From contig JAFTXX010000005.1 in assembly GCA_017461475.1 (NCBI GenBank), positions 29,918 through 93,917 on the forward strand: a stretch of 64,000 nucleotides of DNA, read 5' to 3'. The notes below the pieces were generated by a model that made no database searches, was not told the origin of the DNA, and worked only from the letters and a program-made list of their open reading frames with translations. Source of the stretch: Clostridia bacterium. Its GTDB lineage: Bacteria; Bacillota; Clostridia; Oscillospirales; CAG-272. Of this stretch, positions 11,164-19,610 are shown in pieces. Position 1 is the stretch's first letter; the number at the start of each line of letters is the position of its first letter. The position numbers were made by a program, and so were the translations under genes.

Positions 11164-12318
11164 TTACAATATTATCGAATTGTTCTTCTCCTCAATGTCG
11201 CTTATCAGTGCGAGGAGGCTTTCTTTTTTTATGTACTCGCGGATTATTTCGGCGGCATCGGATTTTTTGGCGGTGTCGAGCATTTGCTTGATTTTGCGGA
11301 CGCGATATTTTGCGGTGTCAGCGGAGACAAAACAAAACTCGCTCATTTTATCGTAACTGTAGTCGCATATCATGCAGTACATAAGTTTTAAATTTGCAAG
11401 GTCGCTTGACGCGAGGACGCGCTCGAGCCTTGAGAGATTTCCCGCGGACGGGCGGCTGCGTTTGGGTGAGGGTTCGGGGAGCAGGGGTTCATCGGGGGAT
11501 ATTATTTTTTCCTCTGAATACGGGATAAAATCGGTACTTCCGCGAATTTGCAGTTTTGCGGGGAGAAGCACTTTTGAATTTGCCCATCCGTATTTTATGC
11601 GGTTAAAATGGCTTTCCACCGCGGCTCTGCCGCAGTTGTAGAAGTTTACCGACATTGAAGTTATACCGTCCGAATAAAGCCTTGCCATTACGGTATCGGT
11701 ATGGCTTATGACAAACAGTTTTTCGCCGTCGCGCTCATAGTTTTTGAGATATTCGGTAAGGCAAATGGCGATATGGTCGTTTGTGCAGATGACCGCATCA
11801 AAGTCGTTTTGCACGGCGGCAAACTCACGGTAACACTCCTGCATATCATCCTTGACATAGAAAATGCGGCAATCATCGGGCACAATATGTTTTTTAAGCA
11901 TATGAACGCGCGCGGTATCGTTGCATGAATTACTGTTTGCGCCGACAAGGGCAACGCGGCGTTTACCGCACATGTGCAAATAATCGACCATAGTGCGCAT
12001 TGCGCCGTCGGCATCACTGCCGACCATACTGTAACTTACAGGCAATTCCGCGGCGATATAATTTGCAGATATTATAGGATGAATTTTATATCGGCGAAGC
12101 ATGGTGCAAACATTTTTGAGATAATTCAAAGAATCAAAAAGGACAATGACAGAAGAATCGGCATCGAGTTTAGCGGCGGCGGTCTCAAACTGTGCGATAT
12201 CGGTATAAATCTCGGGTTGGATGCGTCTGCGCACCGCCTCATCGCATATTCCGCGCAGTTTTGTATCGCACCATGAACTGTTGCGGTATTTTGCGTCGCA
12301 TAAAACAAGCAGAGCCAT
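11164..12318 (-). CDS. Hybrid transcriptional regulator: LacI-type periplasmic-binding-fold sensor domain plus a C-terminal LuxR/GerE-like HTH
   Basis: The N-terminal roughly 290 aa resemble the sugar-binding core of LacI/RbsB proteins (RRVALVGANSN..., DAVICTNDHIAI) and have no N-terminal HTH. The C-terminus SEFCFVSADTAKYRVRKIKQML looks like a LuxR-type recognition helix. ATG at 12318 has a GGAGG RBS. Confidence 0.45.
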   Translation of the reverse strand: MALLVLCDAKYRNSSWCDTKLRGICDEAVRRRIQPEIYTDIAQFETAAAKLDADSSVIVLFDSLNYLKNVCTMLRRYKIHPIISANYIAAELPVSYSMVGSDADGAMRTMVDYLHMCGKRRVALVGANSNSCNDTARVHMLKKHIVPDDCRIFYVKDDMQECYREFAAVQNDFDAVICTNDHIAICLTEYLKNYERDGEKLFVISHTDTVMARLYSDGITSMSVNFYNCGRAAVESHFNRIKYGWANSKVLLPAKLQIRGSTDFIPYSEEKIISPDEPLLPEPSPKRSRPSAGNLSRLERVLASSDLANLKLMYCMICDYSYDKMSEFCFVSADTAKYRVRKIKQMLDTAKKSDAAEIIREYIKKESLLALISDIEEKNNSIIL

Positions 12319-12402
12319 GAGTATCACCTCCGTTTATATAATATAACATACAGCGAAGATTTTTTGTTAAAAAAGCATGATTTTTTTTGCAAACTTTTTC
12401 AC

Positions 12403-12432
12403 TTGTTAGGCAATTTTGCCGCATGATACAAT
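12403..12432 (+). promoter_or_regulatory. Candidate promoter of the 1226-aa secreted protein gene
   Basis: TTGTTA - 18 nt - TGaTACAAT (extended -10), about 30 nt upstream of the AGGAGG RBS. Confidence 0.45.
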
Positions 12433-12463
12433 ATAGACGTATAAAAATGCAGGAGGCTTATTT

Positions 12464-15400
12464 ATGAAAAAGTTTCTTTTTGCCCTTTGTTTACTGCTAT
12501 GTCTTTCGCTTGCGGTTATCTGTGCGGGAGCGAGCGACGCGGTGGTATTTGTTTCCTCCGGCGGCACGGGCGACGGCTCTAGCGCGGACAGCCCGCTTGG
12601 CTCGCTTGCCGAAGGTTTTTCCGCTGTGGGTGAGAGCGGCGGTACTGTCGTGCTTACAAGCGACATCACCATAAGCACCGCGACCAATCTGCCCGACCAC
12701 ACGGGTACTGTAACGCTGACAAGCGTTTACGGCGGTGTTGACTACCGCACGTCAAACAATGCGGCTCTGCGCTACACCGCGTCGGCACGTCTTGTCCTCG
12801 GCGGTCCTACCGTTATTGACAACTTCAACATTGAAATCGACCAGGGCGCAAATGCGGGCGCGGTTATCGCCGCGGACTTCAACCCGCTGAAGATCGGTTA
12901 CGGCGTTGAGATAGTACATAATTATACGCCTACATTCCCGTCACGTATGTTTATCATCGGCGGCTCCAACAACGATGCAAACGGCAACGGTCTTGCCGCG
13001 GGTGAGGAATGTTCGCTTGAAATTTACAGCGGCGACTACATGCAAGTTACCGCGTTCAGCCGCGGTACTGCAAACAAGGCGCATTACGGCACGATGAATG
13101 TTACAATAGGCGGCGATACGACCGTATACGAGACATACCTCGGTGCGGTGACGACAGGGGCAAGCGGCGGTACTGTTAATTTAGAGCTTAAGGAAAATGC
13201 CAAGCTTAACGGCACTGGACTTTTCCTCAGCGGCAACGCAGGTTCTATGAACGGCGATGTTACCGTAAATGTACGCGACAATGCAGAAATCACCGCAATC
13301 AGCCGTTATGCTGCTTCTCTTCACAGCGGAACAAAGACCGTCAATGTTTACGGAGAAGACGTTTCGCTCCCGTCTTCTCTTGACACATACTTTGATGTTG
13401 TAAACATTTATATCCCCAAAGACACGGTAACACTCACCGAAAGCATTAATGCTGACAACATCGTTTTCGTCACGGCAGACGGCACGGAAATATCAGCGGA
13501 TATTACAGCCAACGAAAGCGGCATCACCTTAAAATATACCGAGAGCCTTGAAAACTTTACTCTCGCAATCACCGTGAAAGACAGCGGCTATACCGTATAC
13601 GAATACACCGTTACCGAGACCGACAACACCGCATCGGCTGTACTCGCAGGTACAAACACTTATGCAGGCAATGTGATCTACGTCGGTGCGACCGACGGCA
13701 ACGGTCTCACTCCCGAAACTCCCGTTTCTTCTTTTGCGAAAGCATATGAAATGCTCATAGGCAACGGCGGCACATTTGTCGTTTGCGGCGAAATAACAAT
13801 GAGCGTGGCTATCGTTGCACCTGAACATACGGGAAATCTCACCGTAACAAGTGTTTACGGTGGAATTGACTACCGCGAAAGCGGCGCAAAGCTCGTTTAT
13901 CCCACCTCTACAGGCTGGCAGATCGGCGGCGATACCGTATTTGAAAACCTCACATTTGATATTGCCACCACCGCGGTCATCAGCGGCGCATTTCATCCGC
14001 TGACATTCGATGAGGGCATCGAGGTCATCAATGACTATTCAAGCGCGGACGGTAACGGACTCTACCTCATCGGCGGTCACAACAAGGGCACAAACACACT
14101 TGACGAGTACCCCGATAACACATCTGTAACCGTTCGCAGCGGTCACATCCGATGTATCATCGGTTTCTCCCGCTACAGCGGCGCGCGCGTTCACACAGGT
14201 CAAGCAACCATAAATGTTGAAGGCGACGCATATGTACGCTATGTATTCGGCGGTGCTGCACAGGACAATTCAACCTCCAAGGATACACTTATCAACGTCA
14301 AAGACAAAGCTATTGTAGAGAACCTCTACACTGGCGGCAGCACTAAGACCAACCTCACAACCGGTGAAGTAATTATAGACGTCACCGAGCTTGACGGCGG
14401 CGATATCTATGAATTTGATACTATCAGCATCCATACCTCCGACGGAAAAGTAAAGCTTCACTACGATCCGCGTACCGTTGCAAACGGCATCACCACCATG
14501 GCAACAATGGCTCGCTTTGAGGTACTTTCCCCCTGCGACAGAGCAGGTGAACACACTTTTGGCGAAGTTTATGCAAATCCCTTCGGCGGCGAGTTCACCG
14601 CTCACACCTGTGAGATATGCGACTACACATGCCTTGTTGAAGAAGCCCCCGAGGCGGTTGCCGACGGCGTTGTATTCGTGGCTGACGGCGGCTTCGGCGA
14701 CGGTTTAAATCCGCTCCATCCTTTCGGCAATCTTGAGGATGCATTCAATGCACTTGGCAAAGAAGGCGGCACTATCGTGCTTATAGACGAGTGCACCCTC
14801 CCAGTCAACCTTGAATGGAAGTTTGGCGCAACTCACGTATCTTTCCAAGAACCCGTGCATACGGGCGAAGTGCTTATCACCTCTGTTTACGGCGGTACCG
14901 ACTACCGCGAGAGCGGCGCTAAGCTTATCTTTGACGGCAATATGCACTACCGTCTCAGCGGCCCTACTACCTTTAACCAAATCGTATTTGATACCGTAGG
15001 CAATCCCACCACTAACCTTGTTGCCGCAAGATACAATCCGCTTGTATTCGGCGAAGATTGCAAGATGAATAAAACGACCGAAGACGGTTACAACCTTTGG
15101 GTAGTGGGCGGATACCAGTATTTCCGCTACACCGACTTTATCGGCGTTGAGATCGAAGACAAATATCTTGAGATGGTTACTCCCGCACGTCAAAAGACCT
15201 GGGAATTTGAGCCCGATGACCTTGTTGAGTTTACTTATACAGCAGGTAACGGCAATACATATACCCCTTCGCTCCAAAAGGAAGCCGCTGCTGCTTTCTC
15301 TCAGATGTTTGCAGACATGGCGGCGGAAGGTCTTTACATCCCGTATTGCGGCTGGAACTTCCGCAGTGCACATATCCAGTACGGCATCTTCTCCGACTCC

Positions 15401-16144
15401 GTAGGAAATCTGCGTGCAAATGGATATGATTTTGACACCTCTTACCTCGCTGTAGCAAAAAGCGCTTCTCCCGCAGGTTCAAGTGAGCATCAGCTCGGCT
15501 TTGCATTCGATATCTATGACGAGAGACTCGAAGAGAACTATGGTGTGGGCAACGCTCATTCTCATTACGATGAAACTCCCGAATGGCAGTGGATAATGGA
15601 AAACGGTGCAAAATACGGTATCATCCACCGCTTCCTCGCAGACAAGACTGCAGTTACAGGCTTTATCTACGAGGCATGGCATTTCCGCTATGTAGGCGTT
15701 GAGCACGCAAAAGCCATTGCCGAAACCGACTACTGCCTTGAAGAATATGTCGGTGAGACTATGGGTATGTTCGCTAAAGATTCGAGCGTGACGGCGCTCA
15801 GCGGCTCATTCTATCAAATAATGGGCGGCTCGCGCGGCTGTGACAACCTCACTTTCACGGGTACAAACCGCGTAACTGTTGGTGAAAGCGCAACCGTTGT
15901 CAACCTCGTCGATGTTGACGAAGAGGTTAAAAACGAGGATGAAGACACCGATTTCGGTGAAGTTACCCTTGCGGGCGACGCCGACGGAAACGGCGTGCTG
16001 AGTCTTATTGACGCGCTGCGCGTATTGAAGTACGCAGTAAGCAACGATGTTGAAATCAACCTCGCAAACGCCGACATGAACGGCGACAAGGCGGTTGATA
16101 TTTTGGATGTGTTGCTTGTGATTAAAGCTATATTGAACAGTTAA
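12464..16144 (+). CDS. Secreted multidomain protein: three beta-helix-like modules, a VanY/peptidase M15B domain and a type I dockerin
   Basis: Signal peptide. Three roughly 330-aa modules each open with a ...GGxGDG...P...L..A...GGT(I/V)V... cap and contain the motif TSVYGG(V/I/T)DYR. VanY motifs SEHQLGFAFDI and EAWHFRYVG. C-terminal dockerin GDADGNGVLSLIDALRVL...ADMNGDKAVDILDVLLV. Confidence 0.75.
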   Translation: MKKFLFALCLLLCLSLAVICAGASDAVVFVSSGGTGDGSSADSPLGSLAEGFSAVGESGGTVVLTSDITISTATNLPDHTGTVTLTSVYGGVDYRTSNNAALRYTASARLVLGGPTVIDNFNIEIDQGANAGAVIAADFNPLKIGYGVEIVHNYTPTFPSRMFIIGGSNNDANGNGLAAGEECSLEIYSGDYMQVTAFSRGTANKAHYGTMNVTIGGDTTVYETYLGAVTTGASGGTVNLELKENAKLNGTGLFLSGNAGSMNGDVTVNVRDNAEITAISRYAASLHSGTKTVNVYGEDVSLPSSLDTYFDVVNIYIPKDTVTLTESINADNIVFVTADGTEISADITANESGITLKYTESLENFTLAITVKDSGYTVYEYTVTETDNTASAVLAGTNTYAGNVIYVGATDGNGLTPETPVSSFAKAYEMLIGNGGTFVVCGEITMSVAIVAPEHTGNLTVTSVYGGIDYRESGAKLVYPTSTGWQIGGDTVFENLTFDIATTAVISGAFHPLTFDEGIEVINDYSSADGNGLYLIGGHNKGTNTLDEYPDNTSVTVRSGHIRCIIGFSRYSGARVHTGQATINVEGDAYVRYVFGGAAQDNSTSKDTLINVKDKAIVENLYTGGSTKTNLTTGEVIIDVTELDGGDIYEFDTISIHTSDGKVKLHYDPRTVANGITTMATMARFEVLSPCDRAGEHTFGEVYANPFGGEFTAHTCEICDYTCLVEEAPEAVADGVVFVADGGFGDGLNPLHPFGNLEDAFNALGKEGGTIVLIDECTLPVNLEWKFGATHVSFQEPVHTGEVLITSVYGGTDYRESGAKLIFDGNMHYRLSGPTTFNQIVFDTVGNPTTNLVAARYNPLVFGEDCKMNKTTEDGYNLWVVGGYQYFRYTDFIGVEIEDKYLEMVTPARQKTWEFEPDDLVEFTYTAGNGNTYTPSLQKEAAAAFSQMFADMAAEGLYIPYCGWNFRSAHIQYGIFSDSVGNLRANGYDFDTSYLAVAKSASPAGSSEHQLGFAFDIYDERLEENYGVGNAHSHYDETPEWQWIMENGAKYGIIHRFLADKTAVTGFIYEAWHFRYVGVEHAKAIAETDYCLEEYVGETMGMFAKDSSVTALSGSFYQIMGGSRGCDNLTFTGTNRVTVGESATVVNLVDVDEEVKNEDEDTDFGEVTLAGDADGNGVLSLIDALRVLKYAVSNDVEINLANADMNGDKAVDILDVLLVIKAILNS

Positions 16145-16148
16145 ATTG

Positions 16149-16182
16149 AAAGCGGCTGTCGCCATGCGCAAGCCGCTTTTTT
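16149..16182 (+). terminator. Intrinsic terminator
   Basis: AAGCGGCT-(13-nt loop)-AGCCGCTT followed by TTTTT, 5 nt after the stop. Confidence 0.75.
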
Positions 16183-16196
16183 GCAGTGGAGAATGC

Positions 16197-16394
16197 AAAT
16201 TAATATTTAGCAAACTGCCATCTCCGCCCAAGATCCTTCGCTGACGCTCAAGGATGACAAGGGCGGGATTTAACAAAGTGTTAAAAAGCCTTTTTTATCG
16301 CATTGCAACAATCCCCGCTTGTCATCCTCGAACGTAGCGTAGCGAAGTGAAGGATCTTGCGGGGAGATGTTTGCCCCCATAAACGCTGATTTCA
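16197..16394 (+). repeat. MITE-like nested-palindrome repeat, copy 1 (long form without hairpin cassette; right end eroded)
   Basis: AAATTAATATTTAGC..CATCTCCGCCCAAGATCC..CTCAAGGATGACAAGGGCGGGAT..loop..CCCCGCTTGTCATCCTCGAAC..GGATCTTGCGGGGAGATG..AAACGCTGATTTCA. Its last 3 nt form the stop codon of the adjacent gene. Confidence 0.85.
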
Positions 16395-17672
16395 CACCAC
16401 TTTGACTATATCATACATTGCACCAAGCAGGGCGTAGTTTTGGGCGAAGGGGCGCATGATGTTCCAATAGCCTGCGCCGCGGAGGGCAAATTCGTCCATG
16501 AGGTTGAATTTTGCGAGGATACTGCGAACATCCTCAAACCAGACTACGTGGGATATGCCGCCGTCGGTATAATAGAAATACGGCGCCTTGGCGCGTTCGT
16601 CGAAAAGTATCTCTGCGCCGTACCCGGACGCTATGTCAATGGCTTCTTCGTTGCCTATTGACCGTGCGGCGGTTGAACCTTTGACATAGGGGAGCGGCCA
16701 GTCGTAGCCGTAATTGGGGATTCCGAGGATAAGTTTATCGTTTGGTATCTCGCTTACGGCATATTCGACTACTTCGCGCACGCGGTTTATCGGTGCGACA
16801 GCCATCGGCGGGCCGTAGGTGTAACCCCATTCATAGGTCATAAGGAACAGCGTGTCGGACGCGGCACCCAGGGCGGCATAGTCGTGTGCTTCGTATAGCA
16901 GACCCGCTTGTGTCGCCGAAGATTTCGGTGCGAGGTCGGTGTTTACGAAAAAGCCGTACGGCGACAGTTTTGCAACCGCGTTTTCAACAAAACCGATAAA
17001 TGCTTCCCTATCCTCGGGGGCAACAAATTCAAAGTCGATGTCAAGTCCGACATAGCCTTTCTCTATCATGGTGGCAACGATATTGTCAAGCACTTTGTTT
17101 TGCAGTTCGATATCGTTAAAAAGCACGCTTGCCTTTTCCGTGCTGAAATTGCCGTTTTCGGTAATTGAAGAAAGCAGCATTACGGGAGCGACACCGAACT
17201 TATAGGCAAGCGAAATCAGAGGTGAATCGTCAATGCCTATAAGTTCACCGTCGAGAGTAAAGCCGTAACTGAATATGGTCAGGTATGTAAGAAAAGGAAG
17301 TGCGCGGAGCAACACTGTGCGGTTGATAAACGGATATGCGTAGCCGGTTATATACACCTCACGGCGCTTTGGCACGGCGAAACTGATAACAAGTGTTTCG
17401 CCCGCAGTAAGACCTTGTGCGTCGACAAGATAGGGATTGTTTTGCAAAAGTTCTATCGGCGTGATACCTGCCGCGGCGGCGACAGAGTTTACGGTATCGC
17501 CCTGCCGCACTGTGTAGACGCGCGAGGGGTACAAAATAAGCAAAGCCTGCCCGACGACAAGGTCTTGCGACGGGCGAAGTCCGTTATCGCTGATAAGCCG
17601 CGCGGGCGATATGCCGTACTTTGCGGCTATACTGAAAATTGTTTCGCCGGGTGCTACAATATGAATTTCCAT
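16392..17672 (-). CDS. yaaH: Spore peptidoglycan hydrolase, 2x LysM + GH18 (YaaH/SleL-like)
   Basis: 426 aa. Two N-terminal LysM repeats (HIVAPGETIFSIAAKYGIS..., YTVRQGDTVNSVAAAAGIT...) and a GH18 catalytic motif GLDIDFEF. Architecture and length match Bacillus YaaH. Confidence 0.75.
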   Translation of the reverse strand: MEIHIVAPGETIFSIAAKYGISPARLISDNGLRPSQDLVVGQALLILYPSRVYTVRQGDTVNSVAAAAGITPIELLQNNPYLVDAQGLTAGETLVISFAVPKRREVYITGYAYPFINRTVLLRALPFLTYLTIFSYGFTLDGELIGIDDSPLISLAYKFGVAPVMLLSSITENGNFSTEKASVLFNDIELQNKVLDNIVATMIEKGYVGLDIDFEFVAPEDREAFIGFVENAVAKLSPYGFFVNTDLAPKSSATQAGLLYEAHDYAALGAASDTLFLMTYEWGYTYGPPMAVAPINRVREVVEYAVSEIPNDKLILGIPNYGYDWPLPYVKGSTAARSIGNEEAIDIASGYGAEILFDERAKAPYFYYTDGGISHVVWFEDVRSILAKFNLMDEFALRGAGYWNIMRPFAQNYALLGAMYDIVKVV

Positions 17673-17718
17673 ATAAAAACCTCCGCATATGCTTTTTCAA
17701 AGTATATGCGGAGGTGCG

Positions 17719-18594
17719 TTATATTGTTTCTTTCATCAACGAAATAAATGCTTTCATCGCGGGGCTTTGCCATTTGTTTTTGTGACAGATACACACCGCG
17801 GTGACGGTGTTTTTTTTCATCTCGGTGGGTATTTCCAAGAGCGTTCCTTCATTTAGTTCGCGCTCGACTGTGAAACGAGGAAGCACGGCTATGCCGACAT
17901 TGCTTTCGACACTGCGTTTTATGCCTTCGATGCCGCGAAGTTCCATGATACTGCCGAGCGAAATATCGCGGGCGGTGAGATATTGCTCAAATTGGCGAAG
18001 AAAAATGCTGTTTTTGTCCTCGACTATAAGGCATACGTTTTTGCGCGAGTGCGGCGTTATGTAGTCACGGTCGGTAAGCACAGGCGAACACACAAGCGCG
18101 AGGTCATATTCCGCGAGTTTTTCGACGCACAGGCTGTCGCCGTAACCGCCGACATCATATTGAAAGCCGCAGTCGACCGAACCGTTCATAAGCGGTTCGC
18201 GCACGGCGTAACAGTTCTGTGTCTGCAGTGAAAGACGCACCGACGGCGCCGCCTCGCGGAAGAGTTTCAGCGCTTTTTGCGATTTATATGTTAGCAGAGT
18301 TTCCGCCATTGAGATATTGAGTTCGCCTGCAAATTCGCGCAGTTCTTTGCCTTGGTTTTCGATAACAGCCATTTCGCCGAGAATGGTGTCAATGTGCGGT
18401 AAAATTTCGCGTGCCGATGCAGTCAGTGCCATGCGTCTGCCGATTTTTTCAAAGAGTTTGACAGACAATTCTTTTTCAAGTTGCTGAATCTGGAATGTCA
18501 CGGTAGACTGCGAGTAGCACAGACGCTCCGCCGCTCTGCCGAAACTTCCCTCTTCCACAATGGTTTTAAAAGTTTTAAGATATTTAAGTTCCAT
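17719..18594 (-). CDS. LysR-family transcriptional regulator
   Basis: MELKYLKTFKTIVEEGSFGRAAERLCYSQSTVTFQIQQLE wHTH domain followed by a LysR substrate-binding domain. Divergent from the LysE gene. ATG at 18594 preferred over the TTG at 18609. Confidence 0.85.
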   Translation of the reverse strand: MELKYLKTFKTIVEEGSFGRAAERLCYSQSTVTFQIQQLEKELSVKLFEKIGRRMALTASAREILPHIDTILGEMAVIENQGKELREFAGELNISMAETLLTYKSQKALKLFREAAPSVRLSLQTQNCYAVREPLMNGSVDCGFQYDVGGYGDSLCVEKLAEYDLALVCSPVLTDRDYITPHSRKNVCLIVEDKNSIFLRQFEQYLTARDISLGSIMELRGIEGIKRSVESNVGIAVLPRFTVERELNEGTLLEIPTEMKKNTVTAVCICHKNKWQSPAMKAFISLMKETI

Positions 18595-18709
18595 AAAATC
18601 CTTTAACAAAATCGAATTAACAATTCAATTAATTCAACTTTTTTAAATTGTATTTTTATGTTATTATACATACAGCGAAAGCAAATTGCAAGTCAAAGGA
18701 GAATTTTTT

Positions 18710-19300
18710 ATGAATTTCGCGGCGTTTTTTTCTTACATATTTCTTACTGCGTTTACACCCGGACCTAACAACATCATGTCGATGACAAACGCGGGTAAAT
18801 ACGGATTTAAAAAGTCTTTTCCGTTTAACCTCGGAATCTTCGCGGGATTTCTTACGGTAATGAGCGCGTGCGCCGCTTTTACTTCCCTGCTCTACAGCGT
18901 CATCCCGTCTGTTGAGCCATTTATGCTGTTCATCGGTGCCGCGTATATTTTGTGGCTTGCGTGGACTATCTGGCGAAACAAGCCGAGCAAAGGCAAAAAG
19001 GGACTTGCCGCGACGAACTCGTTTACATCGGGCATGGTTCTGCAGTTTGTCAATGTCAAAGTAATTCTCTACGGTATCACTGCGCTTTCGTCGTATGTAC
19101 TGCCGTATTATCACGGTTTTTGGTCGGTTGCGCTTTTCGTATTCATCCTCGCTTTTGTCGGCTTTGCGGGAACATGCGCGTGGGCACTGTGCGGCGCGGC
19201 GTTTGAAAAGTTTTTTGCAAAGCATGAAAAGGTGCTGAACGCAGTAATGGCTCTGCTCCTCGTATACTGCGCCGTGACCATGCTTTGGGAATTGATATAA
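18710..19300 (+). CDS. LysE/RhtB-family amino-acid exporter
   Basis: MNFAAFFSYIFLTAFTPGPNNIMSM... is a typical LysE N-terminus, with about 6 TM helices. ATG at 18710 follows AAAGGAGAA. Confidence 0.8.
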   Translation: MNFAAFFSYIFLTAFTPGPNNIMSMTNAGKYGFKKSFPFNLGIFAGFLTVMSACAAFTSLLYSVIPSVEPFMLFIGAAYILWLAWTIWRNKPSKGKKGLAATNSFTSGMVLQFVNVKVILYGITALSSYVLPYYHGFWSVALFVFILAFVGFAGTCAWALCGAAFEKFFAKHEKVLNAVMALLLVYCAVTMLWELI

Positions 19301-19314
19301 AAAAGTGTTAACGC

Positions 19315-19517
19315 TAAATAAATGTTTAGCGAAGTAACAAACATCTCCCCGCGAGATCCTTCACTTCGCTGCGCTCCGTTCGATGATGACAAGCGGGGGT
19401 TGTTACAATGCTATAAAATAAGCCTTTTCAGCACTTTGATTAATCCCGCCCTTGTCATCCTTGAGCGCAAGCGAAGGATCTCGGGCGGAGATGTTTGTAA
19501 CATAAACATTAATTTAC
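19315..19517 (-). repeat. MITE-like nested-palindrome repeat, copy 2 (long form, no cassette)
   Basis: TAAATAAATGTTTAGCGAAG..CATCTCCCCGCGAGATCC..GATGACAAGCGGGGG..loop..CCCGCCCTTGTCATCCTTGAG..GGATCTCGGGCGGAGATG..AAACATTAATTTAC. Reverse orientation relative to copy 1. Confidence 0.9.
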
Positions 19518-19520
19518 TTT

Positions 19521-19572
19521 ACAAAAAACAAAAAGCTTACAATTTCCTGAAAAACGGGCTTTGTAAGCTTTT
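19521..19572 (-). terminator. Intrinsic terminator after the FAD oxidoreductase gene
   Basis: Minus strand reads AAGCTTACAA-(18-nt loop)-TTGTAAGCTT followed by TTTGTTTTTT. Confidence 0.65.
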
Positions 19573-19610
19573 CTTATTCTAACTATCCTCGGTATTTTCA
19601 ACTGCGCCTT

